A stretch of DNA of 10,375 nucleotides from the NCBI GenBank assembly GCA_046598045.1, contig JBKJJJ010000139.1:1-10375 (forward strand), given 5' to 3'. The DNA comes from Candidatus Eiseniibacteriota bacterium. Lineage in GTDB: Bacteria; Eisenbacteria; RBG-16-71-46; DASYSL01. Numbering within the stretch: position 1 is the stretch's first letter; each line of letters begins with the position of its first letter. Below the pieces are notes generated by a model. That model was not told the DNA's origin and searched no databases. It saw only the letters and a list, made by a program, of their open reading frames with translations. Shown here piece by piece: positions 1-6,126 of the stretch. The position numbers were made by a program, and so were the translations under genes.

Positions 1-2
1 GC

Positions 3-3000
3 GCGCCGCACCAGGAGTTCGCCGCGAAACTTACCCCCCTGCGTGTACACCACGTGCGGCCCCACGCGCAGGACGCGCGAAGGCAGGGCCGCATCGCCCT
101 CCAGATCGGCACGGTCGAGCGACGCGACCGCGCCCACGCGCCACGCCGGCGTCGGCAGGAACGTGCCTTCGGCCGAGACGCCCTGCGACACCAGGCGGCG
201 GGAGACGCTGCCGAACGTGTCCGAGCTCTGGATCGCCGTACTCTGGCCCAGGCGGCCGGAGACCTCCGACAGGAAGCGCGGCCCCGGGCGCGTGCGCCAG
301 CGCGCCTCCTCGAGCCACTCGTCGCGCGTCGTCGCCTGGCCCGTGTACTGCCGGTCGACGGTAGCCCGGCGCTCGATGCGAAACAGGAGCGCGAGCCAGC
401 GCGAACGCGCGCCGACCTCGAGCTCGGGCCGCACCAGGTAGGTGCCGAACGCGACGTCGCCGCGCCCGAGCGCGCGCCTGGGCGTGTACAGGAGATCGGC
501 CAGCCCGAACGTGCCGCGCCGGCCGAGTGTCGCCTGGACGAGCACCGACGAGCGGGCCTCGGCCAGGCGCCGCCCCCACGCGCTGGAGTCGCGCAGCGCG
601 TTCGCCGGCCGGAACTCGAAGCGGTAGCTCCCGCTGGTTTTGACGAGCCGTTCGAACGTCCCGGTCGCGACCTGGGTCACATCGTAGTCGCCCTGTCCGA
701 CAAAGTTGCCGAGGGAGTCGTAGGCGCCGCCGCCGGGGCTGACGAAGCGCACCTGGCGCTGGCGAATCTCCCGCGCCTCGTTCGTCCACTCGAGTGCCAG
801 CTCCTGTTCCCCGGCGCGGGTGCCGAACGCCTGGCGAAAGCGCGCGTAACCCGCGTTGCTCGCGGTCCTGGGCGGCGCACCGGCGCCGTCCGGGCGCTGC
901 AACCGGCGTTCGAGCCCGAGCGCGCCCGAGAGCCGCCCGCCCGCATGCCAGGCGAGTGCCCCCCGCACGCGGTCCGAGCGCGTGCGCGGCAGCCAGTCGC
1001 CCGCGGCGCGCACCGCGTCGAAGCGCTGCCCCGCCCCGAGCGTCAGGTCGACCGGGCCGAGCCGCGGGAATGCCGCGCCGGCGTCCCATTGCCGGTAACG
1101 CGCCGCGGCCGAGTCGCTCGTCGCCGGGGGCACGCGCGCCTCGAAGTCGAGCGACGCCTCGGGGCGCACGAACGCATTGCCCGCCCACGCCGCGCGGGCG
1201 ATCCACTTGTCGCGGAAGCCCTCGTTCGCGTACGCGCTGCCGGGCTGGCGATTGTCGACGCGCTCGAGCCGGCTGCCGCCCAAGAGCTTGCCCGTCCAGT
1301 CGGCGCTCGCGCTCCGCCTCCGCGCGAAGAAACCGCTGTCCGCCGAGAGCTCGGCGTACTCGGCCTTGAGCCCGAGCGCGGCCTCCGGCTTCCACGTCAG
1401 CGCGAACGCGCGGCGGTCCTGGGCCTTGAGCGCGCGGTTCGCGCTCACGCCCCACTCCTCCGAGTAGTACGCGGGATCGAGCCGGCCCGGCGAGCGGTAG
1501 CGCGCGTCGAAGCGCCGCAGCTCACCGGTCATGCCGAGCTTGCCGAGGCGGCGTACGGGTCCCTCGAGCGCGAGGCCGAGTTGCGCGGCGCCCCCCGCGC
1601 GCGCCCCGTCCCCCACGCTCGAGAACGTGTTCGCATCGGCGCGCGACCCGGCCAGCTCGCCGCTCAACCGCGCCCACGGCCGGGGCACGAGCGCGAAGCC
1701 GGCGTTCGCCACTTCGAGCGCACTCGGCAGCGGCAGGAGCCGCCCCGGCGTGAACGCGCCCTGTCCCGTGCCCACGTAGCGATAAATCACGCGCCCCGCG
1801 ACCCGCGTGGACTCCGCATAGTCGCCGCGGGCGGCGCCCACGGCCGCGAACTGCACGCTGTATGCGCCCATTCCGATGCCGGCGAAGGTGAAGCGCGTCA
1901 CCCCCGCGGTGTCCTGAAACGCCGCATAGTCGCCCGGCGTGTTGCTCACGCCGTTGCCCAGCGCCTGCAACGGATCATTGCCCGCCTGCGCGAGCACGAG
2001 CCGGTCCTCGTCGCTCAGGTCGGTGCGCAACGGGCGGCCCTTCGCGTCGGCCTCGCGGTAGACCTGGCCCCACACTTGGGCCGCGCCGCGCGTGAAGCCC
2101 GCGCGCGCCTGCGAGACGTTTCGCCGGTACGACGACAGCGCGACCTGGTAATCGATCGCGATCCGCGAGGCGGCGGAGATCAGCCGCCGGGCGCTGAACG
2201 TCAGGGTGCCGCGGTCGTAGTCGAGCGAGTAGTCCGCACTCTCGCCGCGCGCGAGCTTGACGCCGTCGAGCCAGACGACCTCGCTGCCCGCGACGATCGA
2301 AATGCCTGTGCGCCCGTCGTCGTCGCTCAGCACGTAGGGCCCCTGCACGCCCTCGGTGCCCGGAAATTGCCGGCTCACGAACACGCCCTTAACGCCGGCG
2401 AGCACCGCGCCGCCTTCGAGGCCGCCCGACTTGCCGTAGGTGGACACGCCCGACAGCTCGCGCGCGTAGCGGGCGAACGTGCCCCGGTCCTGCGCCACCG
2501 TCAGGTCGCCGAGCGTGGCCCCCGCGCCCGGCCCCTTGACCTCGAGCAGGAGCTTGTCGAGTTCGCGCAGCTCGCGCGTCGAACCGTCGCCCGAGATCGG
2601 CGTGTTGCGATCGGACAGGACCGCGAGCACGTCCACCCCCGGCGCGACACGCCCCGTCGCGTGCAGGTCGAGCGATTGCCTGAGCGCGACGTCGCGCGTG
2701 TTGCCGAAGTCCACCGCCACGGTCTTGTTGCCGCTCAGGTTGAGCGCCGCGCCCTCGTCGGCGGCCGTCGCCTGCCCGCCGACCGCGCGCACGGCCGCCG
2801 GGCCGATCGCGCCCCCGGCGCCCGCGCGCGTCGTGTCGCGCGCGGCGAACGAGGTGTCGGCCGCGGACGGGGCGCCGCCGGGGCGCAGGCGCGGCGCGAG
2901 GACGCCCGCGGCGCCCGCGAGCGGCACGAGCAGCACGCGATAGCTGACGCGCACGGTGTCGCCGGGCGCGAGCGCGGAGTTCAGGCGGAACGTCCCGGGC

Positions 3001-3245
3001 GCGGCATCGAGGAAGTAGTCCTGCCCGCGCACGAGCAGGCGGCCGCGCACGCGCGCGCTGTCGCTGCCGGCGAGGACGAAGCGGTCCGGCAGCGGGTAAA
3101 CGGTCTGGGGCGGGAGGATCACGAGCTGCGCCAGGCGCGCGCCCGGATCCTGCGGGACCCAGGCGGCCGCGCGGCACGCCTGCCCCCGCAGGGCCGCGCA
3201 CGCGGCAAGACCGAGGGCGAGGCGAAGCGCGCGCGCCCGGGTCAC
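3..3245 (-). CDS. Large (>1080 aa, 3'-truncated) predicted outer-membrane beta-barrel protein with SprA-like N-terminal motifs
   Basis: Hand translation: the GTG at 3245-3243 overlaps the upstream TGA (GTGA) and the frame has no stop down to the window edge. It starts MTRARALRLALGLAACAALRGQACRAAAW (signal-peptide-like). It contains LNLSGNKTVAVDFGNTRDVALRQSLDLHATGRVAPGVDVLAVLSDRNTPISGDGSTRELRELDKLLLEV and GTEGVQGPYVL...IVAGSEVVWLDGVKLARGESADYSLDYDRGTLTF, followed by many amphipathic strands (e.g. RAFALTWKP, LGLKAEY, SGSYRFEFRP, GVSAEGTFLP, WRVGAVASLD). Third codon positions are strongly G/C. Confidence 0.85.
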   Translation of the reverse strand, partial: MTRARALRLALGLAACAALRGQACRAAAWVPQDPGARLAQLVILPPQTVYPLPDRFVLAGSDSARVRGRLLVRGQDYFLDAAPGTFRLNSALAPGDTVRVSYRVLLVPLAGAAGVLAPRLRPGGAPSAADTSFAARDTTRAGAGGAIGPAAVRAVGGQATAADEGAALNLSGNKTVAVDFGNTRDVALRQSLDLHATGRVAPGVDVLAVLSDRNTPISGDGSTRELRELDKLLLEVKGPGAGATLGDLTVAQDRGTFARYARELSGVSTYGKSGGLEGGAVLAGVKGVFVSRQFPGTEGVQGPYVLSDDDGRTGISIVAGSEVVWLDGVKLARGESADYSLDYDRGTLTFSARRLISAASRIAIDYQVALSSYRRNVSQARAGFTRGAAQVWGQVYREADAKGRPLRTDLSDEDRLVLAQAGNDPLQALGNGVSNTPGDYAAFQDTAGVTRFTFAGIGMGAYSVQFAAVGAARGDYAESTRVAGRVIYRYVGTGQGAFTPGRLLPLPSALEVANAGFALVPRPWARLSGELAGSRADANTFSSVGDGARAGGAAQLGLALEGPVRRLGKLGMTGELRRFDARYRSPGRLDPAYYSEEWGVSANRALKAQDRRAFALTWKPEAALGLKAEYAELSADSGFFARRRSASADWTGKLLGGSRLERVDNRQPGSAYANEGFRDKWIARAAWAGNAFVRPEASLDFEARVPPATSDSAAARYRQWDAGAAFPRLGPVDLTLGAGQRFDAVRAAGDWLPRTRSDRVRGALAWHAGGRLSGALGLERRLQRPDGAGAPPRTASNAGYARFRQAFGTRAGEQELALEWTNEAREIRQRQVRFVSPGGGAYDSLGNFVGQGDYDVTQVATGTFERLVKTSGSYRFEFRPANALRDSSAWGRRLAEARSSVLVQATLGRRGTFGLADLLYTPRRALGRGDVAFGTYLVRPELEVGARSRWLALLFRIERRATVDRQYTGQATTRDEWLEEARWRTRPGPRFLSEVSGRLGQSTAIQSSDTFGSVSRRLVSQGVSAEGTFLPTPAWRVGAVASLDRADLEGDAALPSRVLRVGPHVVYTQGGKFRGELLVRR

Positions 3246-4258
3246 GGCGAGGCGGCCTCGAGTCGGAAGCGCACGACGCGGTGCCCGCGCGCGTCGGTCG
3301 CGAGCAGGCGCCCGGCGCCGTCGAACGTCACCTCGCTCACGCGCGGATCGGACTTCTTAGTCGGGACGAGGCGTGCGAGCGTGGAGCCGCCCAGCGCGCG
3401 CACGGAGAGCCGCCCGGTCGCGCGGTCGGCGAGCGCCCACGTGCTGTCGGGGCCGAACGCGACCGAGAGGCCGTCGCGCCCGGTCATGCCCGGATCGAGC
3501 GCGTAGTGCGCGATCGCCTCGCCGAACGGATCGAGCAGCTGCACGCGGCGATTGCCGGCGTCCCCGACGAGGATGCGCCCGCGATCGTCCACGGAGACGC
3601 CGCTCGGCCGGTCGAAGCGCCCCGGCTGGGTGCCGAAGCCGCCGCGCACGGTGAGGATCGAGCCCAGCGGATCGAACGTCAGCACGCGGTCCCCCGCGGC
3701 GTCGCTCACGACGATCTGCCCGCCGCGGTCGGTCGCGAGCCCGAGCGGCTCGACGAGGTCGAGCGCGGCGCGGGTCTCGTCGCTGCGCAGTGAGGCGAGG
3801 ACGCCCAGCAGGCGCCCCGCGAGATCGTACTTCACGATGCGCGCGTTGCCCTGGTCGAGCACCCACACCGCGAGCGCGCCGCCGACCCAGAGCGCGGTCG
3901 GGCGGTCGAAGCGGTTGTCGTCGTAGCCGAAGCCGCCGAACTGGTCGAGGTAGACGCCGGTCGAGTCGAAGCGCTCGACCCGGTGGTTGCCGGTGTCGGC
4001 GACCAGGATCCGGCCCTGCGGATCGACCGCCACGCCGGTCGGGCCCGAGAATTCTCCCGCGCCGACACCGAACCGCCCGAACGAGGTCTCGAGCGCGAGG
4101 CGGAACGGGAGCGCGGCGGTCGTGGTGTCGGGAAGCGCAGGAGTCGCCGCCCCGGCCGGGCGGGCCACGGCCGCGAGCAGCAGGATCGGCAGGAGGAGCT
4201 GCGCGCGCCCTGAGGGGAAGCCTCGGCGCGACGTCGGGATCAGAAGCGGACGATGCAC
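3242..4258 (-). CDS. Secreted NHL-repeat (6-bladed beta-propeller) protein, about 338 aa
   Basis: Clear NHL repeats: FSGPTGVAVDPQGRILVADTGNHRVERFD, FDRPTALWVGGALAVWVLDQGNARIVKYD, EPLGLATDRGGQIVVSDAAGDRVLTFD, FDRPSGVSVDDRGRILVGDAGNRRVQLLD, plus two degenerate blades. Signal peptide ...RAQLLLPILLLAAVARPAGA. I placed the start at the GTG at 4258, the nearest standard start before the signal peptide; the track's start at 4519 lies deep inside the upstream gene. The exact start is uncertain. Confidence 0.88.
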   Translation of the reverse strand: MHRPLLIPTSRRGFPSGRAQLLLPILLLAAVARPAGAATPALPDTTTAALPFRLALETSFGRFGVGAGEFSGPTGVAVDPQGRILVADTGNHRVERFDSTGVYLDQFGGFGYDDNRFDRPTALWVGGALAVWVLDQGNARIVKYDLAGRLLGVLASLRSDETRAALDLVEPLGLATDRGGQIVVSDAAGDRVLTFDPLGSILTVRGGFGTQPGRFDRPSGVSVDDRGRILVGDAGNRRVQLLDPFGEAIAHYALDPGMTGRDGLSVAFGPDSTWALADRATGRLSVRALGGSTLARLVPTKKSDPRVSEVTFDGAGRLLATDARGHRVVRFRLEAASP

Positions 4259-5079
4259 GCCACGCGCGCGTCCGGAACCAAGCCGGGACCGGGCAGGACC
4301 TCCCACGCCAAGCGCGCGGTGGCGTGTCCGGGCAGAGCGTCGGGCGCAAGCGCGGCGCCCTCGGCGCGGTGGCCCCCGGCACCCCGCGCCGCCGCGACGG
4401 CGGACACGACCCGGTTGATCGCCGCGAAGCCGAGTGCGTACTGGGCGTTCTTGAACGCCTGCTCGCTGGAGCGGCGCTGCGCGCGGTAGCGCAGGAACTC
4501 GTCGAACGAATCGCCCCACGACCAGGCGTTCTCCGCGGAGATGGTGCGACTCGCGATGTACTGGGCCCGTTCGGTCGGGTCCTCATAGAAGAATGCGGCC
4601 TCCCGCAGGACGACGTACTGGTTGAACACGTCGCTCGAGCGATACTGCCCGACCAACTTGCGGTAGGAAGTCGGCTTGTTCGCGAGATCGATGCCGGCGA
4701 ACAGGCGCGCGGTCGCGAAGTACGAGTCGCGCCGCAGCGCTCCCTGCCGGCGGAAGGTGGCGAACGAGCTCCAGGTACCGAGCTCGAGCGCCCCGAAGAC
4801 CGCGGCCTGCGTGTGGTGGCCGTTCGAGAGCTGGCCCCAGCCCGGGATCAGCAGCGAGCGCAGCGCGGCGCCCGCGGGCCCGTGGCGCCTCACCGGTCCC
4901 GGGGTGGTCGCCGCCAAGCCGCTGCCGGGCGCGGCCTGGGGCTCGGCGGCCATGGCGGCGATCCGCGCGGTCGCGCCGATCGGGGACGGCCGGAGATCGA
5001 GGGTCGACGCGAACGCGCGTTGGGGCGCGAGGAGCAACAGCGCGGCAAGGAGGAGCGGCGCGGCGAAACGCGGCGTCAT
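4240..5079 (-). CDS. Exported/membrane hypothetical protein, DUF5683-like (paralogue B), 279 aa
   Basis: The ATG at 5079 overlaps the upstream stop (TGATG). Signal peptide MTPRFAAPLLLAALLLLAPQRAFA. Motif AALRSLLIPGWGQLSNG...AAVFGALE, a later NRVVSAVAA helix, and the C-terminus DARVACIVRF. Confidence 0.8.
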   Translation of the reverse strand: MTPRFAAPLLLAALLLLAPQRAFASTLDLRPSPIGATARIAAMAAEPQAAPGSGLAATTPGPVRRHGPAGAALRSLLIPGWGQLSNGHHTQAAVFGALELGTWSSFATFRRQGALRRDSYFATARLFAGIDLANKPTSYRKLVGQYRSSDVFNQYVVLREAAFFYEDPTERAQYIASRTISAENAWSWGDSFDEFLRYRAQRRSSEQAFKNAQYALGFAAINRVVSAVAAARGAGGHRAEGAALAPDALPGHATARLAWEVLPGPGLVPDARVACIVRF

Positions 5080-5966
5080 CAGAATTTCTGGGTGAGCGTC
5101 AGGCCGTAGGACTGGTGCGCGCCCGGGCGCACCTTGATCTTGAGGCTCAGGTTGTCGCGCAGGGCGACGTTGTTCATGCGCGCGAGGTGCAGCGCATCGA
5201 TCGTGCTCGCGAGGTGGTTCGCGATCGCCGCGAACAGGCCGACACGCGACTTGCGCCCGAGCGTCTCCACCTCGTCGATGTAGGCCTGGGCGGTCGAGCG
5301 CGCGCCGTCGGCGCCGACCGACGGGTCGGGATCCGTCCAACCGGCGGCGTAGGCGTCGTTGGTCGAGACCTGGTCATAGAACTCGCGCGGGTCGTTCTCG
5401 TAGATCTTCTCGAGCCGGGCGAGTTCCTCGGGTGGAACCGAGCCGGCGAGGCGCGCGAAGGAGAAGCGACTTCCGGCCTCGTTCGGGTCGCCGACATAGC
5501 CAAAGTACTGGTCGCGCTTCCCGTGGCTGTCGCTGCGGTACTTGACGAACGCCAGCACCGCGACCGCCTCGACGCCGAGGAACACGTACCCGCGGCTCGA
5601 CCCGGCGTAGAGTTGCCCCGCACCCGGGAGCGCGGCCGACAGGAGTGACGCCTTCCCCGGAGCCTTCCAGCCCGGGACGTCGACGTACGCGTACTCGGTC
5701 TCGGGGCCGACGGAATCGGTTCGCTTGCCCGTGTCGCGGGTGATCGAGCGCTGGGCGAGGACCAGTTCGGGGCTGTCCGTGCCGCTCTGGAGCAGCGGCA
5801 TGACGTCGAGCGTGCGGCCCTGCCAGGTGTGTGCGGCGGCGGCCGGGACGGCGGCGGCAACGGGCCGGGAGACGGAGCACGCGGCAAACATGGCGCAACC
5901 CAGGGCAATGCCGGCCGTCCAGCGAACGGCAGGGCGTAGCACGGGGCGGCGGCAGGCGTGGGCCAT
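5079..5966 (-). CDS. Exported/membrane hypothetical protein, DUF5683-like (paralogue A), about 295 aa
   Basis: The ATG at 5966 is preceded by GGAGGG (an alternative ATG lies at 5990). Basic then hydrophobic N-terminus (RRPVLRPAVRWTAGIALGCAMFAACSV). Motif KAPGKASLLSAALPGAGQLYAG...GYVFLGVE, a later NHLASTIDA helix, and the C-terminus SYGLTLTQKF. Confidence 0.8.
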   Translation of the reverse strand: MAHACRRPVLRPAVRWTAGIALGCAMFAACSVSRPVAAAVPAAAAHTWQGRTLDVMPLLQSGTDSPELVLAQRSITRDTGKRTDSVGPETEYAYVDVPGWKAPGKASLLSAALPGAGQLYAGSSRGYVFLGVEAVAVLAFVKYRSDSHGKRDQYFGYVGDPNEAGSRFSFARLAGSVPPEELARLEKIYENDPREFYDQVSTNDAYAAGWTDPDPSVGADGARSTAQAYIDEVETLGRKSRVGLFAAIANHLASTIDALHLARMNNVALRDNLSLKIKVRPGAHQSYGLTLTQKF

Positions 5967-5976
5967 CGTTTCAAAT

Positions 5977-5982
5977 CCCTCC
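5977..5982 (-). promoter_or_regulatory. Shine-Dalgarno sequence (GGAGGG) for the gene starting at 5966
   Basis: The minus strand reads ccGGAGGGatttgaaacgATG, a 10-nt AT-rich spacer to the ATG. Confidence 0.6.
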
Positions 5983-6060
5983 GGTTTCATCGCTCTCGGA
6001 CGCCGGTCCTGGGGGAATCCGGCCGGGCGGCGCGGCTCCCGGGGGAGTGGCGCGGCCCAA

Positions 6061-6085
6061 GTGCAACTTGTAGATAATGTTACAC
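6061..6085. promoter_or_regulatory. AT-rich imperfect inverted repeat GTGCAAC-N11-GTTACAC; candidate operator/promoter region
   Basis: The sequence is gtgcaac ttgtagataat gttacac. The 7-bp arms have one mismatch. It is a conspicuously AT-rich patch in the only long intergenic gap, and the minus strand contains the -10-like hexamer TAACAT. Confidence 0.4.
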
Positions 6086-6105
6086 CCGGCAGGGGCCGGG
6101 AGTTC

Positions 6106-6121
6106 AGCAATTCTTCGGCCC
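6106..6121 (-). promoter_or_regulatory. Possible sigma-54 (-24/-12) promoter-like element
   Basis: The minus strand reads gGGCcgaagaaTTGCT: GG-N10-GC spacing with a good TTGCT box but a weak -24 box compared with the consensus TGGCAC. It points toward the downstream four genes. Confidence 0.2.
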
Positions 6122-6126
6122 CGGGG

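Noticed and set aside
31..3201. Minus-strand ORFs 31..1455 and 2389..3201 from the track
   Set aside because: They are off-frame, Arg/Gly/Pro-rich readings inside the real gene at 3..3245.
54..3506. 1150-aa plus-strand ORF
   Set aside because: It is the codon-aligned antisense shadow of the real minus-strand barrel gene, Arg/Ala-rich with no recognisable motifs. Such shadows are expected at high GC.
6085..6100. Rho-independent terminator after the protease
   Set aside because: There is a hairpin but no U-tract follows it on either strand.
4259..6110. Extended starts in the track (4519, 5340, 6110) for the NHL gene and the two paralogues
   Set aside because: The extensions overlap upstream genes or the regulatory gap. 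Signal peptides, stop/start overlaps and a Shine-Dalgarno sequence support starts at about 4258, 5079 and 5966.
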